Shown here: positions 25,823-35,590 of the stretch, one piece after another | Position numbering within the stretch: position 1 is the stretch's first letter | Layout: every line of letters begins with the position of its first letter | Sequence record: NC_047822.1 | DNA from: Escherichia phage phiLLS | Reading direction: 5' to 3' (one strand) | DNA: 64,000 nt | Notes under the pieces: generated by a model | Databases searched by the model: none | What the model saw: only the letters and a program-made list of their open reading frames with translations | Told to the model about the DNA's origin: nothing | Program-made: the position numbers and the translations under genes

Positions 25823-26114
25823 GTTTATTATTGCACTGATGATCTCCACAGTTAGTTTCGGTTCTCTGGCATCTACCAAAGTTTCTATGAAAAATGGTAA
25901 TGTTAAAGTCCAACAGAACGGCATTATTACCGAGTATGGTAAAGTTCGTGATGTTAAGGAACGTAATGGTAAAGTAGAAATATATACTAATAAAAACTTC
26001 TCTACTCCAGCCGTTACTATTAGCAAACGCGGTGAAATAACCACTCAACGTACTAATAGCTCCAGTTCTTTTACTTGTCGTTATGATTGCGGCTTTGAAG
26101 GTGAAGATGAATAA
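25809..26114 (+). CDS. Hypothetical secreted protein with acidic C-terminal tail
   Basis: Signal peptide MKMNKFIIALMISTVSFGSLAS; ends CRYDCGFEGEDE, paralogous tail to the preceding gene. Confidence 0.45.
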   Translation: MKMNKFIIALMISTVSFGSLASTKVSMKNGNVKVQQNGIITEYGKVRDVKERNGKVEIYTNKNFSTPAVTISKRGEITTQRTNSSSSFTCRYDCGFEGEDE

Positions 26115-26502
26115 TTTAGACCCTAGAATTAAATTTGCAATTACAGAAATCCAAGATCAAATTGATGAGGATTTCACTGTTTGGTCAAGATCTGGTAATG
26201 GAGAATATTGCCAGCTTTATAGCATGAAAATGGGTATCTCAATTGATCTTAATATCAACTCTGAAGGTAGAGTGGAAGCCCAACCCATGTTCAGTGTTCC
26301 AGGCTTCTCTGGATTTGTTGCAGGTATAAAATTGTGTCTACCAAATAACCATCTTCATCGAGTTATTTGTCAGCTAGAGACTATTAAGCATTTCTTGCCA
26401 GAAGGTAACATTAATGACTACTATCATGAAGTTGTAGCAGCTCATATGATGAAAGAATGCAAACGTCGGAGAGAAGAGCGTGAAAAAGCTAAACATCAAT
26501 AG
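26107..26502 (+). CDS. Hypothetical protein
   Basis: ORF translationally coupled to the preceding gene. Confidence 0.45.
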   Translation: MNNLDPRIKFAITEIQDQIDEDFTVWSRSGNGEYCQLYSMKMGISIDLNINSEGRVEAQPMFSVPGFSGFVAGIKLCLPNNHLHRVICQLETIKHFLPEGNINDYYHEVVAAHMMKECKRRREEREKAKHQ

Positions 26503-26776
26503 CACAGTGCAGATTCCAGCAACTAAGGATATTTTAACATTCCTACGTAGTGAGAATACCCAGTTTTGGCATGACTATATTCAGGAAAATAAAAATAATC
26601 CAGACATAGTTGCTTTTGCCAAAAAACGTATTGGGGAATATAAAGATCCAGAGATTAAAGATGGCATGATTACTATGCAATTGTGGGTAGCCATGAATAC
26701 GTTTGGACCTACTATGAGTCTAGGAGTTACTCCACTGTTTACTAATATTCTAATTAATGAAAAGGATCTAAAATGA
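26480..26776 (+). CDS. Hypothetical protein
   Basis: 98-aa ORF. Confidence 0.45.
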   Translation: MKKLNINSTVQIPATKDILTFLRSENTQFWHDYIQENKNNPDIVAFAKKRIGEYKDPEIKDGMITMQLWVAMNTFGPTMSLGVTPLFTNILINEKDLK

Positions 26777-27057
26777 TTATCTCTCCCTTTGCTCTTTGGT
26801 TCGTCATTGGATCTATAGTAGCTATTTACAGCTTGGTTGATGATCTGTATATTTCTAAGAATAAAGATGTAATATTATACGTTATACATAAAACTCGACC
26901 GTTAGATATACCTCCTCTTGATGATAAAACATTACTGAGATGTGCTAGATCTATGATATTTATTGTGGATATTCTTCTAGGCCCAACATCTGTGTTTTTC
27001 TTTTATAGAAAGACTCGTAATATGAAAAAATTTAAAGCTGAAATGCAGAATACCTAA
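26773..27057 (+). CDS. Hypothetical membrane protein
   Basis: 94-aa ORF with N-terminal TM helix. Confidence 0.45.
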   Translation: MIISPFALWFVIGSIVAIYSLVDDLYISKNKDVILYVIHKTRPLDIPPLDDKTLLRCARSMIFIVDILLGPTSVFFFYRKTRNMKKFKAEMQNT

Positions 27058-27131
27058 AGAACTCGCGTAGGACCGAGTTGCGTCACCTGCAACTGTTACG
27101 GATAAGGGAGTCGTGCCCCTTAGTGCGGTAA

Positions 27132-27512
27132 GTGGTGAGGTGGCTGCTAGCCCTAACTGGAGATAATATGACTATATTACTAATTCTTGTTACAACTTGG
27201 TTTTTAATCGGTGCTGGATACGCGATAGCTATTATTAGACATTTGGATGAACATTCTGCTGAATGGTTTGTTAAGTATCTACGTATTGATGGTCAAGAAC
27301 AGAAGTTTAAAGACGAAAAGCAGAAAAAAGCAGTAAATAATATGACAGCCAAAGAATGCTTGTTCTACATGCGTATTGTAGGGTTCTTTGGACTATTAGT
27401 TGCTGGCCCAATTGGTTCTACCATTGCTCCGTATAAGGAAACAGTTGCTGACATCAAATTGTGGAGAAATGCAGGGGTACTGCACAAAGCTAGAAAAACT
27501 AATATTACATAA
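27132..27512 (+). CDS. Hypothetical membrane protein
   Basis: 126-aa ORF with two hydrophobic segments. Confidence 0.45.
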   Translation: MVRWLLALTGDNMTILLILVTTWFLIGAGYAIAIIRHLDEHSAEWFVKYLRIDGQEQKFKDEKQKKAVNNMTAKECLFYMRIVGFFGLLVAGPIGSTIAPYKETVADIKLWRNAGVLHKARKTNIT

Positions 27513-27556
27513 GATTGACACTAAGTCAGCTTACTAGCAAAAGCAAATAATGACAA

Positions 27557-27591
27557 AGCCCAGCCTGCACTTTTGCGACTGGGCTATTTTT
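27557..27591 (+). terminator. Rho-independent terminator
   Basis: Hairpin agcccag...ctgggct followed by ATTTTT. Confidence 0.6.
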
Positions 27592-27606
27592 ATAATAAAA
27601 TTTTAG

Positions 27607-27635
27607 TTGCTTAGATGCCCAAACTTTTGTATAAT
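27607..27635 (+). promoter_or_regulatory. T5-type early promoter
   Basis: -35 TTGCTT, 17-bp spacer, -10 TATAAT. Confidence 0.55.
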
Positions 27636-27666
27636 ATGTTTATAGATTGAGGCAAGAGGATTAAAT

Positions 27667-28365
27667 ATGAGGATTATTTCTAAGTTCGCCGATGTGTATG
27701 ATTTGCAGAACAGTTTGTTTGACCCAGATCGTGTGTGGGAACGTAAAACTGAGGAGTTACTGGTTAAAGTAACCGATGATGCAGAAAAGAACATTGTGCA
27801 TACTCGCCAGGTATTTCGTGATGGTTCGCTATCTTTCCATGGTGATTTCGAATATTTTGTAAACCCACTATTTGTTGCAGGTGAAGTTTACTGGTTACAC
27901 GAGCTGTACTGCTGGCATCCAGCATTTAGCTTCAAAACGTTCAACCTCGACACTATGTTCGATAAAATGGAAGAGATGGGATTGCATGCTCGCTCTTACT
28001 TAATGGATAAAAGTCGTGGGGATGTTCGTGAAACAATGCGTGATCTGCTAGTTGAAGCAAAACCTAAAGCAGAACGTATCTTATCCGAACTGCGTGTACC
28101 GATTGCATATGTGAAAGGTATTAAAAAGAATGATAACGATGATGTTCGTAACTTCGTAATTCAGACTAACATTCGTTTCCATCAGTCAGGTATTCCGTGG
28201 CAGGAAATTGAAAGTAACTTATACCGTTTACACCAAGTTCTCGAACAGTATATCTTTGGTGTACTAGGAACTGGTGAGCCTGATATGATTAAAGTATCAG
28301 ATAAAGACAGGTTAGCAGCGCATGGATTTGATACAAAAACTTCTTTCAGGAATATGGCAAGGTAA
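27667..28365 (+). CDS. Hypothetical protein
   Basis: 232-aa ORF with AGAGGA RBS after promoter. Confidence 0.55.
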   Translation: MRIISKFADVYDLQNSLFDPDRVWERKTEELLVKVTDDAEKNIVHTRQVFRDGSLSFHGDFEYFVNPLFVAGEVYWLHELYCWHPAFSFKTFNLDTMFDKMEEMGLHARSYLMDKSRGDVRETMRDLLVEAKPKAERILSELRVPIAYVKGIKKNDNDDVRNFVIQTNIRFHQSGIPWQEIESNLYRLHQVLEQYIFGVLGTGEPDMIKVSDKDRLAAHGFDTKTSFRNMAR

Positions 28366-28771
28366 GTGGTATATCCTGGGAGCAGGTCTAGCGATAGGCA
28401 TCGGGTTCGGTGCTTATCACTTAGTAAATAAAGTGGAGACTTTGGCGGGAGATCTTGCGGTAGCTACTAAAAAGATTTCTTCTCTAGAGACTTCCCTTAA
28501 CAAGGTGAAAGCTGAAAGCGAACTTCGTGAGACTAGAATGAATCAGTATTTCACAATGAATAATATTTCGCAAGCAGATCTAGACAAAAAGATTAAGCAG
28601 CTAGATAAAGCTCTTAGTCGTCAAGATGTTATCGCTGCAAAGCCTGGATTGGTAACATTAATTGCTAAAAAGCAGAATAAAGAATTCGAGGAAAGATTAG
28701 CGTGTTTAACTGGAAACTTGGAGTACTGCTCGCAGCCACAATCACAATCGCAGGCTGTGCAGAAGAAATAA
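28322..28771 (+). CDS. Putative i-spanin (Rz-like)
   Basis: N-terminal TM helix then coiled coil; 3' end overlaps, in another frame, a lipoprotein gene. Confidence 0.45.
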   Translation: MDLIQKLLSGIWQGKWYILGAGLAIGIGFGAYHLVNKVETLAGDLAVATKKISSLETSLNKVKAESELRETRMNQYFTMNNISQADLDKKIKQLDKALSRQDVIAAKPGLVTLIAKKQNKEFEERLACLTGNLEYCSQPQSQSQAVQKK

Positions 28772-29055
28772 AACCAGAGCCATCTCATGAGTTAAAGCAA
28801 GCTCATGTAGACTGGCCTAAAGGACTTCAACCTTGTAGCTTTGACTTTAAGTTTGAAAAGAAATTAGCTACAAATGGAGAAGATGGCGTAGTAGTTGTTG
28901 TACCGTATAAAGATTGGAATGCAAAAGCAAAATGTGAGGAAGCAGTTTACTCTTACATTTCACGACTGACTGGTATGGTTTGCTTCTATCGCCAAGATTT
29001 ACAAGAAAAACGTTGCTTAGTTTACTATCCACCAATTAACAATAGGAAAGATTAA
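28702..29055 (+). CDS. Putative o-spanin (Rz1-like) lipoprotein
   Basis: Signal peptide with lipobox (TIAGC); several Cys; start embedded in the preceding gene. Confidence 0.45.
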   Translation: MFNWKLGVLLAATITIAGCAEEIKPEPSHELKQAHVDWPKGLQPCSFDFKFEKKLATNGEDGVVVVVPYKDWNAKAKCEEAVYSYISRLTGMVCFYRQDLQEKRCLVYYPPINNRKD

Positions 29056-29807
29056 TGTCAGTATTAGTCGGTTTACATGGTGAAGCTGGTTCGGGAAAAG
29101 ATACCGTTGCAAAATTAATTATCGATTGGTGTAATGACACGTATCCAACGTGTTTATCCCGTCGTTATAGTTTTGCTAAGCCCGTTTATGAACTTGCATC
29201 CGTAATCCTCGGTGTAACTCCAGAGTTTTTAGGAGAGCGCAGGGGAAAAGAGATTGACCAATGGTTTACGGTCACACAATCTCAACTGGAGCGAGCCAGA
29301 GATGTGTGGTTTAAGTACGGTATCGATAAGTTTGAAGACTTCTCGTACGTTTGGCCTATTTTTGAGGAAAAATATCTTAATCCTCAACAACTTATCTCAG
29401 AGAATAAAGAAGACGGACTTTATAGTTTATTTATTTCTCCGAGAAAAATGTTACAGCTCGTAGGGACAGAGCTAGGAAGGCAGCTGGTGCATGAACGCAT
29501 TTGGCTCATAATTCTGGAGCAATCCATCGCTAAAGACGACCCAGATGTCGCCGTAATAACAGATGTTAGATTCCCCAATGAAGGAGAGTTACTCAGAGAA
29601 ACAAACCATTTAGATATGGATTCTTTGATAGTAAATGTAGTACCCGCTGAGCAGAAGTTCACTATTAAATCAGATCATCCATCTGAAAGTGGTATTCCTG
29701 CAAAATATATTACTCACGAATTAGTTAATAAATTCGATGGTATCAATAACCTTAAACTAGAAGTTTATAACTTCTGTGACTTAGAGCTAGAACCACTAGT
29801 TGGATAA
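29055..29807 (+). CDS. Deoxynucleoside monophosphate kinase (P-loop)
   Basis: Walker A GEAGSGKDT; 250 aa, matching T5-type dNMP kinase size. Confidence 0.55.
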   Translation: MSVLVGLHGEAGSGKDTVAKLIIDWCNDTYPTCLSRRYSFAKPVYELASVILGVTPEFLGERRGKEIDQWFTVTQSQLERARDVWFKYGIDKFEDFSYVWPIFEEKYLNPQQLISENKEDGLYSLFISPRKMLQLVGTELGRQLVHERIWLIILEQSIAKDDPDVAVITDVRFPNEGELLRETNHLDMDSLIVNVVPAEQKFTIKSDHPSESGIPAKYITHELVNKFDGINNLKLEVYNFCDLELEPLVG

Positions 29808-29819
29808 TCAAGGATCGCT

Positions 29820-30416
29820 ATGGCTAATAAAAAAGAAAAGACTAATCTGTTTCACTCCATTCGCCAATCTAACGAGTATACCTTCTTCTTTGATGAAGAA
29901 TTAGGCCCGCCGGATGAATACCGTGATTTATCAATGGTACTTATGCAGGCAAATGAGGACGACGAAATTAATCTGATGATTAATGGTCCGGGTGGTTATG
30001 TTGATACTGCTGCACAGTTATCTAACTTAATTGCTAATTGCCGTGGAACAGTTATAGGACACCTGATTGGTCCTAGTGCTTCTGCTTACTGCACAATTTT
30101 CCTATCCTGTCATGGATGGGTAGTACATCCACATGCTACGCTAATGGGACACACGTTCTCTGGCGGATTCTGTGAGAAGGGTCAAGAAATTAAGAAAGCC
30201 TATGAATCTTACAACAAGTTCGTAGAAGATATGATGCTAGATGTCTACTATCCGTTCTTCTCAATAGACGAAATCGACGAGATGGTAAAAGACAACAAAA
30301 ATATCTATCTAGATAGCAAAGAAATCCATAAGCGTATTGAAATCTTGGCAAAATATCGATCTGAGCAATATAATAAAGCCCAGTTACCTCAATTTGAGGA
30401 GCACAGTGGAGAGTAA
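29820..30416 (+). CDS. ClpP-like serine peptidase family protein
   Basis: NGPGGYV and GPSASA resemble ClpP/S14 motifs. Confidence 0.45.
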   Translation: MANKKEKTNLFHSIRQSNEYTFFFDEELGPPDEYRDLSMVLMQANEDDEINLMINGPGGYVDTAAQLSNLIANCRGTVIGHLIGPSASAYCTIFLSCHGWVVHPHATLMGHTFSGGFCEKGQEIKKAYESYNKFVEDMMLDVYYPFFSIDEIDEMVKDNKNIYLDSKEIHKRIEILAKYRSEQYNKAQLPQFEEHSGE

Positions 30417-30425
30417 GTAGTTTTA

Positions 30426-30457
30426 AGCCAGGGTTTAACGACCCTGGCTTTTCTTTT
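30426..30457 (+). terminator. Rho-independent terminator
   Basis: Hairpin agccagggt...accctggct followed by TTTTCTTTT. Confidence 0.65.
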
Positions 30458-30519
30458 ATCTAAAATTCTTCTTGACAACGACAAAATTTTATGCTCCAGA
30501 AGTGATCTTTAAAAACACA

Positions 30520-30549
30520 TTGTAATTTTCCTCCAAAATTAGTATAATG
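30520..30549 (+). promoter_or_regulatory. Sigma70-like promoter upstream of the lysis genes
   Basis: -35 TTGTAA, 18-bp spacer, -10 TATAAT; not the stereotyped early-promoter context. Confidence 0.4.
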
Positions 30550-30572
30550 GTACTGGTTAGAGGAGGTTACAA

Positions 30573-31229
30573 TTGGAAAAGTTCTTACAATTATTAACGG
30601 TACTGCTCCAAGAAGCGAAAGATCCAGCATCGCTTCTTAAACGTCTGCTAACTATCTTAGTTGCTGTCATTATTTTCTTATTTGTTAGTAATACTAGCGA
30701 GGTGATGTCATTCTTAAAGACTTTCTCCACGTCTGCGGTCCTACAGGATGTTCAAACTCAAAGGATAGATAACTTTCCTAATGTAGCTAGAGAAAAGAGC
30801 ATGGTACTCTTTTCTCAAACGGGTGCGGATGCTGTTTTTGTCGTCAAGTATAAACCCGATGCCATTAATGATTATTCTAACATTATTGCATGGGAAAGCA
30901 ATGCGCAATTAGATAGGGCTGACTTGGCCGATAAAGCGGTAAATAAAACGTCTGAGCTATATAGACGTCACTTGGAAGGCTTTAACTACGCATCGGATTT
31001 AAGTGTAAAAGTAAATAAATACATGGGGTTAAATATACCTGCGTTTAAGAACGTTACTTTTAATTACATATACACTTGTCCATATTTCAATCTAAACAAT
31101 ATCTATGCTGGATATATTGGTATTGCTTGGAAAGATAATCCTGTAGATGCAGCCGATTCTGAGAAATTTAACGAGTATTTAACAAAGCTCTGTTCCCCAC
31201 AACAGAGATCTTTAGGTAGATCAATATGA
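30573..31229 (+). CDS. Holin (T4 gpT-like class, TTG start)
   Basis: 218 aa, single N-terminal TM helix plus large periplasmic domain; immediately upstream of and overlapping the endolysin. Confidence 0.55.
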   Translation: MEKFLQLLTVLLQEAKDPASLLKRLLTILVAVIIFLFVSNTSEVMSFLKTFSTSAVLQDVQTQRIDNFPNVAREKSMVLFSQTGADAVFVVKYKPDAINDYSNIIAWESNAQLDRADLADKAVNKTSELYRRHLEGFNYASDLSVKVNKYMGLNIPAFKNVTFNYIYTCPYFNLNNIYAGYIGIAWKDNPVDAADSEKFNEYLTKLCSPQQRSLGRSI

Positions 31230-31639
31230 GTTTTAAATTTGGTAAAAATAGCGAAAAACAATTAGCTACCGTTAAGCCAGAGCTACAAAAAGTAGCTCGT
31301 AGAGCTTTAGAATTATCTCCATATGATTTCACGATCGTACAGGGTATTCGTACAGTAGCACAAAGTGCCCAGAATATTGCTAATGGTACTTCATTTTTAA
31401 AAGATCCTAGTAAAAGCAAGCATATTACTGGTGATGCTCTTGATTTTGCTCCATACATTAATGGCAAAATTGATTGGAATGACTTAGAAGCATTTTGGGC
31501 AGTTAAAAAGGCTTTTGAACAAGCGGGTAAAGAACTAGGCATTAAACTTCGTTTTGGTGCTGATTGGAATGCTTCGGGAGACTATCACGATGAAATAAAA
31601 CGTGGTACCTATGATGGCGGTCATGTCGAACTAGTTTAA
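31226..31639 (+). CDS. Endolysin, L-alanyl-D-glutamate peptidase (M15 family)
   Basis: 137 aa; zinc-ligand motifs HITGDALDF and DGGHVE. Confidence 0.75.
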   Translation: MSFKFGKNSEKQLATVKPELQKVARRALELSPYDFTIVQGIRTVAQSAQNIANGTSFLKDPSKSKHITGDALDFAPYINGKIDWNDLEAFWAVKKAFEQAGKELGIKLRFGADWNASGDYHDEIKRGTYDGGHVELV

Positions 31640-31650
31640 TTAATAACTGA

Positions 31651-31674
31651 GGCGGGAATATTCCCGCCTTTTTA
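31651..31674 (+). terminator. Rho-independent terminator after the lysis genes
   Basis: Perfect hairpin ggcgggaatattcccgcc followed by TTTTT. Confidence 0.7.
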
Positions 31675-31716
31675 GGCAAAGGGGGCTTTAATAATTTTTA
31701 AAGATAGGAGAAAGCC

Positions 31717-32133
31717 ATGTTTGCAGAACTATTCACTATGATGCTGCTAGGTATCTGGAAAATAAGTCTAGTAGTATTCGTTTTAATGATAGTCTTTACT
31801 ATCATTGCATTAACTACCCGAAATAGCTTATTAATAAAGGTTATTCACGGACTAGAGTATATAATTATGGGTTCATTCGGCGTTTGTAAATGCAATTGCC
31901 ATAGAGATACGAAATATTGTTGGTTATGGATGGAACTAGAGAATCCTATATCCATAGCTTTGGCTGTTTCATTCGGCATGATTCTTATGGCCCTTACTCT
32001 AGCATTAATACCTTTGATGTTAGCTGGGGGAGTTACAGCGTATTTCACCCTTTTCTCCCCGATACTTATGTACTCAATTTACCCAATAACTATGTATCTA
32101 GTTAGGAAAAGATTTATACATGCAGTAGATTAA
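31717..32133 (+). CDS. Hypothetical multi-pass membrane protein
   Basis: 138-aa ORF, four hydrophobic segments. Confidence 0.5.
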   Translation: MFAELFTMMLLGIWKISLVVFVLMIVFTIIALTTRNSLLIKVIHGLEYIIMGSFGVCKCNCHRDTKYCWLWMELENPISIALAVSFGMILMALTLALIPLMLAGGVTAYFTLFSPILMYSIYPITMYLVRKRFIHAVD

Positions 32134-32146
32134 GATAAAAAAGTAG

Positions 32147-32175
32147 TTGACTTTTAGCCCTAGTTATTATATAAT
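32147..32175 (+). promoter_or_regulatory. Early promoter
   Basis: -35 TTGACT, 17-bp spacer, -10 TATAAT. Confidence 0.55.
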
Positions 32176-32208
32176 ATATACATAAATTAGTTAAGAGAGG
32201 TATATAAT

Positions 32209-32640
32209 ATGTCTGATCGTTTCTACACTCAAATGGCGGAACATTTTCGTATACCACATTACGAGCTAAACATTGCACTCCGCGATCATGACTCTCCTGA
32301 GTACAAAAAGCTCGAAAAGAAAGCGGAAAAATCTATTGATACAAAGGTAGGTGCATCTATGTCTAAGGGCAAAAAGTTAACTCGTCTTGATCTTAATAAA
32401 ATTTTAACTGAACTTTTGGGTACTGATATTGAGGGTGCTAAATTACCGCTTCTTGTACTAGAGACTATGATTAAAAAGGTCAAAAATAAAGAATATAAGA
32501 AGGTAGAAGTCCCAGAAGGCAGATTAAAGGCTCCTTATCAGGAAGCATTAACCGAGTGTTTGGGTGTAAATCTTGATCTGAGCACCGCAACCGTAAAAAC
32601 TATGAAAAACTTCTTAGAGGCCATTAATAACTATGAGTAA
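32209..32640 (+). CDS. Hypothetical protein
   Basis: 143-aa ORF with AGAGAGG RBS after promoter. Confidence 0.5.
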   Translation: MSDRFYTQMAEHFRIPHYELNIALRDHDSPEYKKLEKKAEKSIDTKVGASMSKGKKLTRLDLNKILTELLGTDIEGAKLPLLVLETMIKKVKNKEYKKVEVPEGRLKAPYQEALTECLGVNLDLSTATVKTMKNFLEAINNYE

Positions 32641-32923
32641 ATTAGTATATCTATTGAAAGGTTCTACTTGCAATCCTTGCAAAATGTTTGAGCCAGTATT
32701 TGATAAAGTAGTCAATGACTATAATTTGGAAGTCCATAAAGAGACTGATAATACAGAATTAATGCAGAAATTTGGTGTACGCCAAGTTCCTGTAGTAGTT
32801 CTAGCGGATCGCTTACCTAATGGTCGAGTAGAAGCTAATCATATTTTGATTGGACGCCAGCTTCGTAAAGAAACTATGCACGAAGCTATTAAAAATTTCC
32901 TGGATGATAATCCAGAGGATTAA
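32633..32923 (+). CDS. Thioredoxin/glutaredoxin-like protein
   Basis: 96 aa with CxxC (CNPC) near the N-terminus. Confidence 0.4.
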   Translation: MSKLVYLLKGSTCNPCKMFEPVFDKVVNDYNLEVHKETDNTELMQKFGVRQVPVVVLADRLPNGRVEANHILIGRQLRKETMHEAIKNFLDDNPED

Positions 32924-32930
32924 TAAACCA

Positions 32931-32962
32931 AGCCTGATCTTAGCGGATCAGGCTTTTATTTT
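32931..32962 (+). terminator. Rho-independent terminator
   Basis: Hairpin agcctgatc...gatcaggct followed by TTTTATTTT. Confidence 0.65.
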
Positions 32963-32964
32963 AC

Positions 32965-32993
32965 TTGCTTTTTGCTAAAAATTTTGGTATAAT
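32965..32993 (+). promoter_or_regulatory. T5-type early promoter
   Basis: -35 TTGCTT, 17-bp spacer, -10 TATAAT. Confidence 0.55.
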
Positions 32994-33050
32994 AATTATA
33001 TAAATTGATAAGAAGGCTATCTACACACTACAAGAAATAGGGGTATTCCA

Positions 33051-33428
33051 ATGAACTATGCATATCTAATTATTAATAATAACGTAGTTTGTGGTACTCG
33101 CGCTGTTGAGATGGGTATTACAGAAGAAAAGTATAAGTCACTTCCAGAAAAGGAACAACAATATTATGTTGAAGAAGCTGCTTGGGAGTATGCTGAGGTT
33201 TATCCCGAAGAACGTGAAGATTGTCTTACTCTTGTTGTGTCTCTGGGTTTGGTTGGCTGTGATACCGAAGTTGATACAGACCTAGAGACTTTAGAGGAGT
33301 GGGAAGAGTTAGATATTTCAGCTAAAAACTCCTTAATCCGTGAAGCCTTTTGGGAAGCTGTAGATTGCCATGTAGTATTTGAGCCTAATGATGAAGAGGC
33401 TGAAAAACATACTAACCATTGGAGATAA
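33051..33428 (+). CDS. Hypothetical acidic protein
   Basis: 125-aa Glu-rich ORF. Confidence 0.5.
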   Translation: MNYAYLIINNNVVCGTRAVEMGITEEKYKSLPEKEQQYYVEEAAWEYAEVYPEEREDCLTLVVSLGLVGCDTEVDTDLETLEEWEELDISAKNSLIREAFWEAVDCHVVFEPNDEEAEKHTNHWR

Positions 33429-33432
33429 TCAA

Positions 33433-33678
33433 ATGTTAGCAGAACAAGCAAAACGTTTAGCTAGAATAAATAGAGCTGCACTCCTTAAGAGCCGAAAGAA
33501 AACGTATAGATGGGTTAAGCGGAGGATAGTATCTTCTGTAGAGATTGGAGGTTCCTTTGTACAGCTTAATCGTGACGAAATTAGTTATGAAGCTATAAAA
33601 GCCCTCAATAAAGAGGGTTATACTCTCCAATTATCTAATGAGTATGGCACAACTATTTTAACTGTTATTTGGGAATAA
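33433..33678 (+). CDS. Hypothetical protein
   Basis: ATG at 33433 with GGAGATAA RBS; the ORF-track start overlaps the preceding gene. Confidence 0.45.
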   Translation: MLAEQAKRLARINRAALLKSRKKTYRWVKRRIVSSVEIGGSFVQLNRDEISYEAIKALNKEGYTLQLSNEYGTTILTVIWE

Positions 33679-34544
33679 TTATGAAAAAAGAATTTAATGT
33701 GCATAAAACACTAGTAGTACCTGATGATGTTAACTTATTCTTTGTTGGTGATATTCATGGATGCAACGATTTACTAGAAGATGCACTACAATTAGCTGGC
33801 TATAACGGCAAGAAAGACTGCGTTGTATGCGTGGGGGATTTAATTGATCGAGGCACGCAGAACCTACAAGTTTTAGCCAAATTCCTGTATAATCCACGCT
33901 TTATCAGTGTCCGTGGTAATCATGACCAATTTATGATTGTGGGAGATTGGGCTAACTGGATGTATAACGGTGGTATGTGGGCCATGAATGAACTAGATGC
34001 AGATACCATTAAAAATATTGCTGAAGACATGGCTGAAAAAATGCCAGTATTTCTGACTGTATTGCATCGTGGTAAAAAGTATGGTGTTGTTCATGGTGGT
34101 GTACCTTTTACGTACAAAGAATGCGGTAACGAAGTAGAAACCCCAGTATGGGATAGTCTTATTGCACAAGTAGAAGCAGCTAAGGAAGACCCCCATGACC
34201 ATCCTGGATACCATGTTGAGCCATACTTATGGGATCGAGATGTAATCCAAGAAATAGGTTTTCACTTAGCTAAAAATGGTGAAGAACACTCATATTTCCA
34301 GCGTTATGCAGGGTTTAAAGAGAAATACATGGTAGAAGTACCTCCGGTTAATGGAGTAGACTTTGTATTTCATGGGCATACCGGAGTACCTTACCCGATT
34401 TTATACCAGAACCGTGTTTACCTAGATACTGGCGGTGTTTTCAACGGGCAGTTGACGGTTGCGCAAGTTAACGATGAAACTGGCAAAATCACCACATTTA
34501 CCACAGACAAAAATGATAGCTGCGGTGTACAGAGGATCCTTTAA
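33669..34544 (+). CDS. Serine/threonine protein phosphatase (metallophosphatase)
   Basis: GDIHG, GDLIDRG, GNHD motifs. Confidence 0.7.
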   Translation: MGIIMKKEFNVHKTLVVPDDVNLFFVGDIHGCNDLLEDALQLAGYNGKKDCVVCVGDLIDRGTQNLQVLAKFLYNPRFISVRGNHDQFMIVGDWANWMYNGGMWAMNELDADTIKNIAEDMAEKMPVFLTVLHRGKKYGVVHGGVPFTYKECGNEVETPVWDSLIAQVEAAKEDPHDHPGYHVEPYLWDRDVIQEIGFHLAKNGEEHSYFQRYAGFKEKYMVEVPPVNGVDFVFHGHTGVPYPILYQNRVYLDTGGVFNGQLTVAQVNDETGKITTFTTDKNDSCGVQRIL

Positions 34545-34843
34545 TGAATGATAGAATGAAAGAAGTACAAGAAGAATTACGAGCAATGCGTATTGATGCC
34601 CTTCGTTGGAGGGCATTAGTTAATGCTTTCGTCAAAGGAGACACCGGAGTAATATATTCTGGAATAGCAGTCAATTTTTGTTTTAATTCTCCTGCTGAAA
34701 TAGAGATAGAAACAAGGCTTACTACCTACCTTAATGAGGTAGATCTTAAGGAAGGAGAGACTCCTGAGGAGTTTAAAACCAAAGTGTTAACCTCTTGGGT
34801 TGATAGTTTAATACAGAATAAGGAAAAGAGTAATGAAAGTTAA
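34544..34843 (+). CDS. Hypothetical protein
   Basis: 99-aa ORF translationally coupled to the phosphatase. Confidence 0.45.
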   Translation: MNDRMKEVQEELRAMRIDALRWRALVNAFVKGDTGVIYSGIAVNFCFNSPAEIEIETRLTTYLNEVDLKEGETPEEFKTKVLTSWVDSLIQNKEKSNES

Positions 34844-35423
34844 ATTCTGGTCAGACTTGCATCTAGACCACCCTGGAGCGTTACGTTTCCGTCCGTGGTT
34901 TAAGAACATGAAAGAGCACGATGAGTATATTCTAGATACTTTGTCTAAGCATATTGGTAAACGAACAAAACTTATTTTGCTAGGAGATATTGCAGTAGGT
35001 CGTGAAGGTCTAACCAAATTAAAGTCGGTTATCCACAATGTCCCTAATCAACTTATTATGGGTAATCATGATGCGGAACGTCAAGGACTGAGCATCAGGG
35101 ATTTAGCGGAAGTTTATGACGATATCCAGGCTCTAGGTAAACAGACTGGAGGCGGCAAAAAGTTTTGGCTATCTCACTGCCCTTTGCACCCTAATGAACT
35201 TCGTGGCAAACTAAATATTCACGGACATGTACATACTACTTCTCTACGTGATCCACGTTATATTAATGTCTCATTTGAAATGAGTAAAACTCCAATCCCA
35301 CTGGAGGATATTGTATCTGGTAAGTTTACTAGCTATGATAGAGTAGTTAATTGTACTACCGGCGAAGTATTACAAATAGGGGAAGATGTAGCTGCCGTAT
35401 TGCGTGGAGATATAAATGTCTAA
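34833..35423 (+). CDS. Calcineurin-like metallophosphoesterase
   Basis: SDLHLD, GD and GNHD motifs. Confidence 0.6.
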   Translation: MKVKFWSDLHLDHPGALRFRPWFKNMKEHDEYILDTLSKHIGKRTKLILLGDIAVGREGLTKLKSVIHNVPNQLIMGNHDAERQGLSIRDLAEVYDDIQALGKQTGGGKKFWLSHCPLHPNELRGKLNIHGHVHTTSLRDPRYINVSFEMSKTPIPLEDIVSGKFTSYDRVVNCTTGEVLQIGEDVAAVLRGDINV

Positions 35424-35531
35424 GTATATAGCTGAGGCTATTATTAAACGAATCATACAAACAGTAGCAATACTTATAATCATTTGTATTGCTATTGGCA
35501 CAGGATTAGGCATTTTAACTAAAAGTTTTAT

Positions 35532-35560
35532 TTGCTAAAATGCTTAAGTTTCTGTATAAT
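35532..35560 (+). promoter_or_regulatory. T5-type early promoter
   Basis: -35 TTGCTA, 17-bp spacer, -10 TATAAT. Confidence 0.55.
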
Positions 35561-35590
35561 TACTTTATAAATTGATGAGAAGGAATCAAA

